A DNA stretch of 64,000 nt from NCBI GenBank assembly GCA_046349335.1, contig JAXMCO010000007.1, forward strand, positions 10,039 to 74,038, read 5' to 3'. Made by a program: the position numbers and the translations under genes. The stretch comes from Reyranellaceae bacterium. Its GTDB lineage: Bacteria; Pseudomonadota; Alphaproteobacteria; Reyranellales; Reyranellaceae. Positions within the stretch are counted from its first letter, which is position 1. Every line of letters begins with the position of its first letter. This document shows positions 9,358-20,669 of this stretch, piece after piece. Under the pieces are notes generated by a model, which saw nothing but the letters and a program-made list of their open reading frames with translations, was not told where the DNA came from and ran no database searches.

Positions 9358-10301
9358 GCGCCCTCGCGCGACTCGTTGCGCTGAACGCCGCTGCGGGACT
9401 GGGCGGCGCACTGGTCTTCCTCTTGGCGGCGAGCCTCGCTGCTTTCGCCGTGGTCCGCGCCATGCCGGGCGACGCCGCCGAGACGATCCTGGTCGCGCAA
9501 GGTCTCGTACCGTCGCCAGAGCAGGTAGCGGCCCTGCGAGCCGCACATGGCCTCGATGAGCCTGTGTGGCGGCAATTCGTGCTGTGGCTCGCTCGCGTCC
9601 TGCAGGGCGACCTGGGTACCAGCCTGCGCAGCGGTGAGCCCGTGTTGCAGGGGCTGCTGACGCGCCTGCCGGTGACGCTGACCATCGGCCTCGGCGGCCT
9701 GCTTGTCGGCACGGCGCTCGCCTATGCATTGGGGCTCGCCGCTGCAGCGAGCCTGCGCGGCGCCGTGACCGCGAGCCGCGCGCTCGCTCTGCTGGCCCAG
9801 GCGGTCCCGGCGTTCTGCCTGGCCGTGGTCGTGATCTGGTTCTTCGGCGTGGAACTGCGCTGGATCAGACCGTTCACCGGCGGTGTGGTCGAGCGCATCG
9901 TCTTGCCGCTCGTCGTCGTGGCGCTTTATGCGGCGGGGGGCCTGGTCCGTGTGGCTTCGCACGCCGCGGTGACCGCGACGGCAGCGCCTTGGTTCCGCGC
10001 CGTGCTTGCCAAGGGCCTGTCGCGGCGACAGGCGGTGCGCCAGCATGCTGGCCCTTTCGAAATGCTCGCGCTGTTGGCGGCATTGCGCGCGGAGGCCGCT
10101 TGGGTGATCGGCGGCACGGCCGTGATCGAGGTGGTCTTCGCCTCTCCTGGTGTGTCGGCCTGGGTGGTGGAGAGCATCGCGCAGCGCGACTATCCGGTGC
10201 TGCAGGCCTACATCCTCACCGTTGCGGTCTGGATGGTGCTGGTCCGCCTCGTCGTCGACCGGCTTTCGGCATGGCTCGATCCGCGCCGCGAGGCGGCGTG
10301 A
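9354..10301 (+). CDS. ABC permease, DppB/NikB-like
   Basis: MPGDAAE, GLDEPVWRQF..W..LQGDLGTS, AKGLS, IEVVFASPG, RDYPVLQ; probable CTG start. Confidence 0.88.
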   Translation: MSALARLVALNAAAGLGGALVFLLAASLAAFAVVRAMPGDAAETILVAQGLVPSPEQVAALRAAHGLDEPVWRQFVLWLARVLQGDLGTSLRSGEPVLQGLLTRLPVTLTIGLGGLLVGTALAYALGLAAAASLRGAVTASRALALLAQAVPAFCLAVVVIWFFGVELRWIRPFTGGVVERIVLPLVVVALYAAGGLVRVASHAAVTATAAPWFRAVLAKGLSRRQAVRQHAGPFEMLALLAALRAEAAWVIGGTAVIEVVFASPGVSAWVVESIAQRDYPVLQAYILTVAVWMVLVRLVVDRLSAWLDPRREAA

Positions 10302-11059
10302 GGTGGCGTGTCCTTGCGGTGGCATTGCTGGCGCTCGCCGCGCTGGCGGCCATCTGCTGCGGCGGCGAGAGCAGCACGATCGATCTCGCGCAGCGCTTCG
10401 CCGCCCCATCTATTTCTCATCCGCTGGGGACCGATCAACTCGGCCGCAATCTTCTACGGCGTCTGGCGGAAGGGGCAGGGCCAGCCCTCGCCGTGGTACT
10501 GCTGGCGTCGGCGGTGGCCCTGCTCGGCGGGCTTGCGTGGGCGACGGCGATCCTAGTCGCGCCCGGCGCACTAGGTGGTCTGGCCGAACGAACGGCCGAT
10601 TTGGCGCTTTCCGTGCCGCCCCTGATCGTCGGCATCGTGGTCGCGGCTATCGTGGGGCTTTCGCCGGTTGCCATTGCGTTGGCACTGGGAATCTCGTCCA
10701 CCGCGGCCAATGCGCTGATTGCCGCCGAGTTCCTGCGCACCGCGCGCGGAGCGAGCCATGTACGCGCTGCCCGGGCGCTGGGCGGCAGCGTGCTCTGGGT
10801 CTTGCGGCATCACGTGTTGCCACAGGCGGCACCCGCCCTGCTGATCTGGCAGACCTATCATGCCGGCCGACTTCTGCTTGCCTGGTCGGCGCTGTCCTTC
10901 CTCGGTCTCGGCGCCGATACCAGCCGGGCTGACTGGGGCGCCATGGTGTGGGAATACCGGCTGTTCCTGTTCGACCACCCACAGCTCGCGCTGGCGCCGA
11001 TGGTTGCGATCTTCGGCTTGGCCTGGGCGCTTGCCCGGATCGGCGACCCCGCACGCTGA
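10298..11059 (+). CDS. ABC permease, DppC/NikC-like
   Basis: HPLGTDQLGR, ARALGGS..HVLP, LSFLGLG..DWGAM; GTGA overlap. Confidence 0.88.
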   Translation: MRWRVLAVALLALAALAAICCGGESSTIDLAQRFAAPSISHPLGTDQLGRNLLRRLAEGAGPALAVVLLASAVALLGGLAWATAILVAPGALGGLAERTADLALSVPPLIVGIVVAAIVGLSPVAIALALGISSTAANALIAAEFLRTARGASHVRAARALGGSVLWVLRHHVLPQAAPALLIWQTYHAGRLLLAWSALSFLGLGADTSRADWGAMVWEYRLFLFDHPQLALAPMVAIFGLAWALARIGDPAR

Positions 11060-11070
11060 GACTGCGCGCC

Positions 11071-11505
11071 TCAGAACATGCCGTTGCCGTTGGCGGGCTT
11101 CTCGGGGACCGGCTGGACGACGTCCCAGTGTTCGACGATCTTGCCCTTCTCGAGCCGGAAGATGTCGACGATGGCGACACCGCGCTCGCCCGGCTCACGC
11201 ACGCCGTGGACATGCAGGATGACGAAGTCGCCCTCGGCGAAGACCCGCTTGATCTCGCTGCGGGCGTTGGGGAATTTCTCCTTGCGCAGGGCTATGAAGG
11301 CCTTGAAGCCTTCGATTCCGTCGGGGGCGTTGGGATTGTGCTGGATATAGCGCGGCCCAAAATGCTGCGCCGCCGCCTCGAAATCCTTCTGGTTGAGGCC
11401 CTTCTCGTAAAAATCGAGCACGACCTTCTTGTTTACCTCGGGATCGGCCAAGGCCGGGCCAGTGGCCATGAATAGCAGGGCAAGAGCGATTGCGAGCCTC
11501 GGCAT
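11071..11505 (-). CDS. Secreted SnoaL-like (NTF2 fold) protein
   Basis: YIQHNP..PDG, AEGDFVILH, DIFRLEKGKIVEHWDV; signal peptide; GAGGAGG RBS. Confidence 0.9.
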   Translation of the reverse strand: MPRLAIALALLFMATGPALADPEVNKKVVLDFYEKGLNQKDFEAAAQHFGPRYIQHNPNAPDGIEGFKAFIALRKEKFPNARSEIKRVFAEGDFVILHVHGVREPGERGVAIVDIFRLEKGKIVEHWDVVQPVPEKPANGNGMF

Positions 11506-11547
11506 GACGTCCTCCTCGTCGGGATGACGTCATGGTAGCGTGAGCCT

Positions 11548-12228
11548 ATGTCCGAGAATACTGGAGCTTGGCTCGAAGACCTGACCTGGCCGGAGGCCAA
11601 GGCGCGGTTCGCGTCGGATGTCGTAGTCGTGGTGCCGATCGGCGCCGCCGCCAAAGCGCATGGCCCGCATTTGCCTTTGAAGACCGATGCGCTGACCGCG
11701 CGGGCGCTCGGCCAACGCCTCGCCGAGCGCCTGCCTGTCGTCGTCGCTCCGGTCGTGGGCTTCGGCTTCTATCCGGCCTTCACGTCGTTTGCCGGCAGCC
11801 AGCATGTGACGGCCAGTACCTTCAAGGCTCTTTTGTCGGAACTTGTGGGCAATCTGCGCGATCACGGCGTCAAACGCATTGTCCTGTTGAACACCGGCGT
11901 CTCGACCGAGAAGTCGATCGACGAGATGGCGGCCGGTGCCGACGATCTCCTGGTGCTGCACATGCGCGACCTCGGGGCCGATGCCGAGCGCCTGCTCGAC
12001 GTGACCGAGGGCGGTCACGCCGACGAGCGCGAGACCTCGGTCATGCTAGCGCTCGATCCGCGCGGTGTCCGCATGGACAAGCTCGCGCTCGATGGCTCAT
12101 TCGAGCGAACTGGCGCCACCGGCGACCCGACCCGCGCCACTGCCTTCAAAGGTGAACGCATCCTGGCCGCTCGGGTCGACGACATCGTCGCGGCGATTGC
12201 GGCGCGTTGGGGAGGAGAAAGAATCTAG
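11548..12228 (+). CDS. Creatininase-family amidohydrolase (divergent metal site)
   Basis: LEDLTWPE, HGPHLPLKTD, GGHADERETS, GATGDP..AT..KG. Confidence 0.88.
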   Translation: MSENTGAWLEDLTWPEAKARFASDVVVVVPIGAAAKAHGPHLPLKTDALTARALGQRLAERLPVVVAPVVGFGFYPAFTSFAGSQHVTASTFKALLSELVGNLRDHGVKRIVLLNTGVSTEKSIDEMAAGADDLLVLHMRDLGADAERLLDVTEGGHADERETSVMLALDPRGVRMDKLALDGSFERTGATGDPTRATAFKGERILAARVDDIVAAIAARWGGERI

Positions 12229-13646
12229 ACGGCGGGCCGGCTGCGGATCTCGTCAGCCACCTTGCGCTTGAGGAACTTTCCGTGGCGCAGGTTGCCGTGG
12301 AAGGCGCCATTCTCCACCACGACGTTGCCGTGCAGGATCGTCGTGGCGGGCCACGCCGTGACCACATGGCCTTCCCAAGGCGTGTAATCGGTCTCGTGTA
12401 GGTCGGCGGCACGGATCGTCTTCGAGAGGCCGGTCTCGAGCAGCACGATGTCGGCGTCGGAGCCGACCGTCAGCGCACCTTTGCGGGGATAAAGCCCCAT
12501 GATCCGTGCCGCGTTGCTCGAGATCATGTCGACAAAATGCGCCGGCGTGTAGCCGCGCTTGCTGACCATCTGCGTGTACATGAGGCCGACGCGCGGTTCG
12601 ACGCCCGAGTTGCCGCCCGTCGTGTCGTCGATCCGGCTGCCTTGCAGCTTGACGCGCAGCGGACAGCACAGCTCGTCGGTAGCGATGACTTGGATGGCGC
12701 CGCGATTGGTCGCCTCCCACAAACGCTTCTGGTCCTCCGGATACTTCAGAGACGGGTAGGTATGAAACATCTGCCCGCCCGGCCGCTTGTAATCCTCGGC
12801 ATTGTACATCAGGTACTGATGCAGGGTCTCGCCGTACATTGGGAAACCGCGCGCCCGTGATGCCGCGAGCGCCGCCACGCCGGTCGCTGCCGAGACATGG
12901 ACCATGTAGAGTGCCGCGCCCTCGACGTTCTCGGCGAGCCGGATCACGCGGTTGAACGACAGCTCCTCCGACAGCGCGTTGTGGACCTCGGCCATGTGCT
13001 CGAAGCTGACGCGGTTCTCGCGCATCAGCTTCTCGTACATGAACATGACGATGTCGTTGTCCTCGGCATGGATGCAGGCGATGCCGCCCTGCGCCGCGAC
13101 CACCTTCAGGGCCTCCCAGATATGACCGTGCGGCACCATGCGGCCGAGATTGCCGGGGCGGATGTTGGTGGTGAAGATCTTGATGCTGGCGTGGCCGTCT
13201 TGCATGGCGTCGGCGAGCTGGCCGAAATGCGGGGTTGGGATTTCGCCCATGAGCGTCAGGTGGAAGCCGTAGTCGCAGTAGCAAGCATCCTTCCAGGCGG
13301 CCTGGGTCTGCGCGATCGATTCCTGGACGGTTCGCTCGTGCACGCACTGCACGAAATCGATCAGCGTCGTCGTGCCGCCGTATAGTGCCGCCTTGCTGAC
13401 CTGCGATGGCGGATCGGTGAGCACGTCCGGTCGTCCCGGCGCACGTACCGGCATCAGGCAGTGGATGTGGGGATCGATGCCGCCTGGAATCACCAGGCGA
13501 TCCGCTGCCGACACAGTACGCTCTGCTTGCGGCAAGTTGCCGGCACCACCGACCAGGACGATGCGTCCGTCCTTCACGCCAATGTCGGCGGCCTGGGTTC
13601 CGGTCGGCAGCACGCAGGTGCCACCGGTGATGGCGAGGTCGAGCAT
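12225..13646 (-). CDS. Dihydropyrimidinase/hydantoinase-like amidohydrolase
   Basis: PGGIDPHIH, GGTTT, IHAED, YMVHVS, KGALTVGSDADIV, YTPWEG. Confidence 0.88.
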   Translation of the reverse strand: MLDLAITGGTCVLPTGTQAADIGVKDGRIVLVGGAGNLPQAERTVSAADRLVIPGGIDPHIHCLMPVRAPGRPDVLTDPPSQVSKAALYGGTTTLIDFVQCVHERTVQESIAQTQAAWKDACYCDYGFHLTLMGEIPTPHFGQLADAMQDGHASIKIFTTNIRPGNLGRMVPHGHIWEALKVVAAQGGIACIHAEDNDIVMFMYEKLMRENRVSFEHMAEVHNALSEELSFNRVIRLAENVEGAALYMVHVSAATGVAALAASRARGFPMYGETLHQYLMYNAEDYKRPGGQMFHTYPSLKYPEDQKRLWEATNRGAIQVIATDELCCPLRVKLQGSRIDDTTGGNSGVEPRVGLMYTQMVSKRGYTPAHFVDMISSNAARIMGLYPRKGALTVGSDADIVLLETGLSKTIRAADLHETDYTPWEGHVVTAWPATTILHGNVVVENGAFHGNLRHGKFLKRKVADEIRSRPAV

Positions 13647-14656
13647 CAGGTCACTCCTGCCGGAGGGGCAATGCATGTCGGTGCGCCATCGGCGAACCGT
13701 TGCAGGATCTCTTCCGGCTGGAGATCCCGCACAATGAAAACGAGCCGGCTGGTTCGATCGGCATCCGGCCAGCGCTCCAGCCAGCGCGGTGGATAAAGCG
13801 TATGCTGCACGGCATGAATCGCCGCCGGTCTGTCGGAACGATCGGAAAACTCGACGAGACCCTTTACCCGCAGGAGCTTCTCGCCGTGATCGCTTGCTAG
13901 CCTGCCCAACGCCATAGCGAAGCCTAGCCTGCTCATCGGCCGCTGGAGTCGAACCGAAAGCGCATAGATGCCGTGCGCGTGGATCGCGGTCGCGATCGGG
14001 CGCGGCCTTGGCAGGGCCTTGGGCGATCCGCCGAACAGCAGGGCGCCGGCGTCGACGTCACCAGAATCGATGATCGGCGCCAGCGGATTCAACGACGCCA
14101 AGTGCTGGACGAGCGGCCCCGGGGCAGGGGCGATATCTGTCTTGGTCAGGAGCAGAATATCGGCCACTGCGGCCTGGGCTACGGCTTCGGGATAGCGATC
14201 GAGTGTCGTCGTGCCCAGCACCGCATCGATCGTCGTCACGACGCGGTCGAGCCGCAGCGAGACCTCGAGAAAGGCATCGGCAGAGAGCGTGTAGAGCGTC
14301 GGCGCGGGATCGGCGAGACCGCTGGTTTCGAGCGCAATGCGCCGGAACGGCGGCCGTCCGGTGGCCCGGCGCGATCTCAGCAACCGGTAGAACGAGTCGG
14401 CGAGGCCCTGGCGCACGGCGCAGCACGTGCAGCCGTTGGGCAGCTCGACAACGTCGTCGGTCGTCTCCTCGAGCAGAAGATGATCCAACGCGATCGCACC
14501 GAACTCGCTGATCAGGACGGCGGTGTCCCGGAGATCCGGGACGGCAAGAACCCTGGAGAGAAGTGTGGTCTTACCGCTGCCCAGGAAGCCGGTCAGCACC
14601 GAGAGCGGGATCGGTTCCGACGGGACTTCCGTCGGGACGGTAAGACGCGGGTTCAC
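13646..14656 (-). CDS. COG0523/CobW-family GTPase metallochaperone
   Basis: LTGFLGSGKTT, NGCTCC, ETSGLADP, LTKTD, LRVKG. Confidence 0.93.
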   Translation of the reverse strand: MNPRLTVPTEVPSEPIPLSVLTGFLGSGKTTLLSRVLAVPDLRDTAVLISEFGAIALDHLLLEETTDDVVELPNGCTCCAVRQGLADSFYRLLRSRRATGRPPFRRIALETSGLADPAPTLYTLSADAFLEVSLRLDRVVTTIDAVLGTTTLDRYPEAVAQAAVADILLLTKTDIAPAPGPLVQHLASLNPLAPIIDSGDVDAGALLFGGSPKALPRPRPIATAIHAHGIYALSVRLQRPMSRLGFAMALGRLASDHGEKLLRVKGLVEFSDRSDRPAAIHAVQHTLYPPRWLERWPDADRTSRLVFIVRDLQPEEILQRFADGAPTCIAPPAGVT

Positions 14657-14663
14657 GGACCGA

Positions 14664-15506
14664 TCAGACCTCGCGCATCAAGGCGGCACCCTTGTCGAGC
14701 AACGGCAGGACCTTGTCCCTGGCTTCGGCCGGCACGCCGAACACGACGCGGGCGACCCCGGCGTCGCGGGCGCGCTTCAGCCCGTCGCCGCTCATGCCGA
14801 CACCGAACAGCGTGACCGGCACGTCCGCTTCGGCACGGCCGGCCTGCTTCAGCATCTCGCGGAACGGCGGCAGCATGGCTAGCGTGTCGCCGCCGCGACC
14901 GCCGATCGGCATCCAGCCGTCGGCATAGGCGACGGCGCGGCGCGCGCCTTGCGGAAAGCCGCCGCCGACGATGATCGGCGGGTGCGGCTTCTGCACCGGC
15001 TTGGGCCACTGCATCATCTCGTCGAACTTGACCATCTCGCCCGAGTATTTCGGCTTCGACTTCGCCCAGATCTCCTTCATCGCCTCGATACGTTCGCGCA
15101 TCAGCTTGAAGCGCGAGCCGAATGCCGTGCCGTGGTCGGCCATCTCCTCGGCATTCCAGCCGCCGCCGATCCCGAACAGCAGCCGGCCATTCGACAGCCG
15201 GTCGACGGTGGAGACTTCCTTGGCGGTATGGATGGGGTCGCGCTGGACCACCAGGCAGACGCCGGTGCCGAGCTTGATGGTCTTGGTGACCACGGCGGCC
15301 GCGGCCATAGCGAGGAACGGATCGTAGGTGTCGTAGTACCATTTCGGCAGCTCGGCGCCGCCGGGCCACGGCGACTTTCGGCTGGTCGGGATATGGCTGT
15401 GCTCGGGGAACCAGACCGATTCGTAGCCGCGCGCCTCGGCCTCCATGGCGAGCTCGTGCGGTGGAATAGCGTAGTCCGTCGCGAACATCGTGACGCCGAT
15501 TTGCAT
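14664..15506 (-). CDS. LLM-class (putative F420-dependent) oxidoreductase
   Basis: WFPEHSHIP, DPF, LGTGVCLV, GWNAEEMADHG, PKPVQKPHPP. Confidence 0.9.
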   Translation of the reverse strand: MQIGVTMFATDYAIPPHELAMEAEARGYESVWFPEHSHIPTSRKSPWPGGAELPKWYYDTYDPFLAMAAAAVVTKTIKLGTGVCLVVQRDPIHTAKEVSTVDRLSNGRLLFGIGGGWNAEEMADHGTAFGSRFKLMRERIEAMKEIWAKSKPKYSGEMVKFDEMMQWPKPVQKPHPPIIVGGGFPQGARRAVAYADGWMPIGGRGGDTLAMLPPFREMLKQAGRAEADVPVTLFGVGMSGDGLKRARDAGVARVVFGVPAEARDKVLPLLDKGAALMREV

Positions 15507-15694
15507 GATCTGTCCTCCCCCGGTGCTTGGAGGAAGGTAGCCGATTCGTGGGAGTGCAGGGGAGTCGATCCTTACGCTCGCCGCGGTCGTTCATCGGCAC
15601 GAGCGGCTGATCGTGGCATCTTGGTATGGCGTGCGCGGGAGTCGCGCGCTTTGGCCATTCACCTTATGCTGATTGGTCAGGGAGTGGAGCATCG

Positions 15695-16135
15695 ATGAGA
15701 ATTGTCGGCATCGCGGCGGCGGTCATCGCCTTGTTGGTTGCGAACGAAGGGCGGGCGCAGACCGCGCTGCAGCCCGGCCTGTGGGAGGCGTCGGACAAGA
15801 CGACCATGGAAGGCGTCCAACCGATGCCGATGACGTCGCGAAAAGTCTGCCTCAAGGGCGGCGAGGCGACACTTGAGCGGCTGCTCTATCCGGCGCCGGA
15901 CGTATTCGCCAAGCACGGCTGCACCTTTCGGCCGGCGCCCGCACAGGCCGGCGTCTTCAAGGCGACCACCTTCTGCCCGGCGACAGCGACATTGCCCAGC
16001 GTCACGGCGACGGCGGAGATCAGCTACAAGCCCGATAGCTACGAAGGCCTGGGCCAGCTTCTGATCAAGGACGCGGCCGGCACGACGCTCAAGGGCAGCT
16101 CGGTGATGAGCGGCAAGCGGGTCGGCGACTGCTGA
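15695..16135 (+). CDS. Secreted DUF3617-like protein
   Basis: Signal peptide; LQPGLWE N-terminus, four Cys, C-terminal GKRVGDC. Confidence 0.78.
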   Translation: MRIVGIAAAVIALLVANEGRAQTALQPGLWEASDKTTMEGVQPMPMTSRKVCLKGGEATLERLLYPAPDVFAKHGCTFRPAPAQAGVFKATTFCPATATLPSVTATAEISYKPDSYEGLGQLLIKDAAGTTLKGSSVMSGKRVGDC

Positions 16136-16144
16136 CGGCCGGCT

Positions 16145-17209
16145 TTACGCGAAGGCGGGCATGACCTGCTCGCCGAAGCGGCGGAGCGAAGCCATGTTCT
16201 GGTCGTGGCTCATGGCGCCGAAGCCGGTCTGGCACAGCAAATGCTGGACACCGACATCGCGCAGCTCGGCGACCTGCTCGCGCACGCGCGCCGGCGTGCC
16301 GTAAAGGCAGCCCGTGCCGAGAACGTAGGGGATCGCCTCGGCGTCACCCACCTTGGGATCGGTCCATGCATTGAGCGTCGCCGGATCGGGCTGGAAATCG
16401 TGCGGATTGTAAGCGTCGCGCACGTGCATCATATGAGCACGGGTCTCGACCAGCAGGGCGGCAAGCTCGTCCTCTGCCTGGGCATTCGATTCCGCGACAT
16501 AGACGTTGCGCCACAACGCGCTCTGCGCCAGCAGCCGCGCCCGCGTCTCGTCGTCGTGGCCGCCGGCCTCGATCCCCTGGGCGTATGTAGCCCAGCGTTC
16601 CTTGATGCGATTGACCGGCAGACGCGCCGTCAGGATGGGTACGCCGAGCCGTCCGCACTCGGCGAAGGACCCGGGCGAGATGACGCTGCGCCATAGCGGC
16701 GGGCCAGGCTGCTGTACCGGCCTCGGCCGCAGCGCGGGAATATGAATCTTGTGGAACTTGCCGTCGTAGGTCAGCGGCGCCTCGCGCCAAGCGCGCTCGA
16801 TGATATCGACGGCCTCCTCCATGCGCTCGCGGCTGTCGTGGCTGCGCAGGCCGTGACCGACGAACTCATACTCATTGTAGACCGTGCCCTTGCCGATGCC
16901 GACATCGATGCGGCCCTGGCTGAGATTGTCGAGCAGGGCGAGCTGCGTGGCCAAGCGCACCGGATGATGGAATGGCATCTGCACCACGGCGAAGCCGATG
17001 CGGATGCGCTCGGTCTTCATCGCCAGCGCCGCCGCGAACATCAGCGAGTCATTGTAGACGCTCTCGCCGGTAAAGTAGTGCTCGGTCAGCCAGACGTCAG
17101 AGAAGCCCAGTCGCTCAGCGGCACAGACCTGCTGGATGATCTGGTCGATACGCGCGCTGTCCTCGTCCGGCGAGGGCGACATGGCGAGGGTGAGCCAACC
17201 GAACTGCAT
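16145..17209 (-). CDS. LLM-class flavin-dependent (luciferase-like) oxidoreductase
   Basis: VWLTEHYF, HHPVRLA, GRIDVGIGKG, PRPVQQP, GTPARVRE. Confidence 0.9.
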   Translation of the reverse strand: MQFGWLTLAMSPSPDEDSARIDQIIQQVCAAERLGFSDVWLTEHYFTGESVYNDSLMFAAALAMKTERIRIGFAVVQMPFHHPVRLATQLALLDNLSQGRIDVGIGKGTVYNEYEFVGHGLRSHDSRERMEEAVDIIERAWREAPLTYDGKFHKIHIPALRPRPVQQPGPPLWRSVISPGSFAECGRLGVPILTARLPVNRIKERWATYAQGIEAGGHDDETRARLLAQSALWRNVYVAESNAQAEDELAALLVETRAHMMHVRDAYNPHDFQPDPATLNAWTDPKVGDAEAIPYVLGTGCLYGTPARVREQVAELRDVGVQHLLCQTGFGAMSHDQNMASLRRFGEQVMPAFA

Positions 17210-17699
17210 GAACAAGCTTAGACGGCATGCGGCACGCGTGTCACCATGAACGGCCCCGCGCATCGCCCTTGCCCTCGATCGTAACCGGTATCGTCAGGGC
17301 GTTCGGTTGACGAGGCGCTGTCTCCGTACCGAATCTGAGATGGCCCGTGCGCGGGCCATGGCCCGATTTGTTGCATCGAACCCGATTGTAGGGGGCGACC
17401 GCAGACCGGCATCCAGTCGCTTGGGCATTCGACCCTCGTCGAGGGCTCACCGGTGTCGCGCCGCATTTCGAAGCGGCACGAAACCGCACGGCCGAACCGA
17501 CCTATGCCGCAACCCGTTGTTCTGAAAAATGAAATGCCGGCGGTCCACCCCAGACCAGGCCGGCACTCCACGCGCTGTTCACTGTCAGCGGAGACAGTCC
17601 CGGATAAGCCCCAAGACGTACCCTTCCTGCCCAGCCGGCTGACGGTAGGCATCTAGCTGTAGTTGCACGCCCAAGGCAAGAGGATACTAAAATGCATAT

Positions 17700-18179
17700 C
17701 TACTGTAGCGTAATGGTCAGGCTGAACAGCGCGCCGCTCGGCCCCGTCGGCCCGACGGTGATGAGGTAATTGCCGGTGGCCGGCAGGGCGCCCATCCAGG
17801 CCTGCGCGTTGTCGCCGGACCCGGTGTCCGGCAAGGTCCGGCCTGTGATAAGGGGGCTGCCGTCGGCCGCCCGGGCAATGGTCGTATCCGGCCGGTAGAC
17901 CTGAAAAGCAAGGCCAGCCGCGGGATTCAGCGAGACCGTCATGGTCTGTCCGGCTTTCGCCGCCACGTAGTAGAGCGTGCGGCCACCCGGCTGAACCTGG
18001 CCGCTGACCGCCGCCGTCGACGAGCCTGGGGCGAAGGTGATCGTGGTCATCGGGGGCAGGCTCGTCGCGCCTTGGGCGAGCGTCGGAAGGGGGAATGCGA
18101 CGGCGCAGGCTGCGACAATTAGTGCCAGCCCGACTCTCCCGAAGTCCGATCGGGTTTGATCTGGTTCAATGCGCGGCAT
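17700..18179 (-). CDS. Secreted PPC/PliG-like beta-sandwich protein
   Basis: ITFAPGSSTAAVSG..YYVAAKAGQTMTVSL..LPATGNYLITV; AAGGAGAG RBS. Confidence 0.65.
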   Translation of the reverse strand: MPRIEPDQTRSDFGRVGLALIVAACAVAFPLPTLAQGATSLPPMTTITFAPGSSTAAVSGQVQPGGRTLYYVAAKAGQTMTVSLNPAAGLAFQVYRPDTTIARAADGSPLITGRTLPDTGSGDNAQAWMGALPATGNYLITVGPTGPSGALFSLTITLQ

Positions 18180-18270
18180 GACTCTCCTTGATCCTGGCGG
18201 ACGTCTTTCCTTCTTAATCCACAGGCCTTAGGATGCCTCGCTTTCCCGGCGTTTGGCACTCGGAAAGCAC

Positions 18271-19502
<1,232 letters not shown>

Positions 19503-19506
<4 letters not shown>

Positions 19507-20648
19507 CCGAGTCCATCGAGTGGCTGCGCACGCCCGCGGCGATCCGCGAGCGCGCCGAGGACATGCTGAAATACGTCGAGGGTGGTCGTTCCGCCTGGTT
19601 CGCGATCGACGCGAACGGTCTCGAGGTGGCCGTGCAGGCGACCCTCGCCGTGGCGCGGCGGCGTTTTCCCAATCCGGCCGCCATCCCGTTCCATTCGCGC
19701 TGGCGGCATTTCGAGGCCGGCGGCCGTGACCGTTGGGCGGAGCTCGCGCCGCGGCTGTCATCCTTCTCGCGCGAAGAGGTCGCCCGGCGGCGCATCGATC
19801 TTGCTGTTGTCTCGGTGCTGCTCGATGCCGGTGCCGGGTCGGGTTGGTCGTATCGCGAACCCGGTAGCGGCGAGACCTATGCCCGCTCGGAAGGGCTGGC
19901 GGTGGCGAGCTTCCACATGTTCGCGGCAGGCGCCTTCAGCCGCGATCGGAGTGACCCGCTGCGCGTCGACGCCGAACGCTTGGCCGCATTGACGCCGGCC
20001 GACATCGCTCTGGGCTTTCAGGTGCGGGCCCACAACCCACTGACCGGCCTCGAGGGCCGGGCCGAGCTGCTGCGCAAGCTCGGTGCCACGGGACTGGCGC
20101 GTCCGGGCGCCTTGTTCGACCTTCTCGCCGTCTCGGGCGAGGTCAAGGCCGAAGCGATCCTCGCGGCCGTTCTCGACAAGCTCTCGTCGATCTGGCCGCG
20201 GCCGATGGGCGATGTCTGGCCGCATCCGGCGCTCGGGCTGGTGCCGTTCCACAAGCTTTCGCAGTGGCTGTCCTACTCGCTGGTCGAGCCGCTGGAAGGC
20301 GCGGGCGTGAAGGTGTCCGATCTGGACCGCCTCACCGGGCTGCCGGAATACCGCAACGGCGGATTGCTGGTCGATGCCGGCGCGCTCAGGCCGAAGCAGT
20401 CGGTGTTGCTGCAGCAGCCTTTCGCACCCGGCGACGAGCCGATCGTCGAATGGCGGGCCTTGACGGTGGCACTGCTCGATCGAATCGCTGGCCATGTCCG
20501 CCGTCACCTTGGCCTCGATGCCGAACGCCTGCCGCTGGTCAAGGTGCTGGAGGCCGGCACCTGGTTCGCCGGACGTGCGCTCGCCGCCGAACGGCGTCCG
20601 GGCGGCGGGCCGCCGATTGCCGTCGTTAGTGACGGCACGGTCTTTTGA
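19503..20648 (+). CDS. DUF1688 protein (URC4/Urg3-like)
   Basis: IPFHSRWRHF, VSVLLDAGAG, RSEGLA, FHKLSQWLSYSL, TGLPEYRNGGL, SDGTVF. Confidence 0.92.
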
Positions 20649-20669
20649 ACGAGAATGGGGGAGAGCGAT

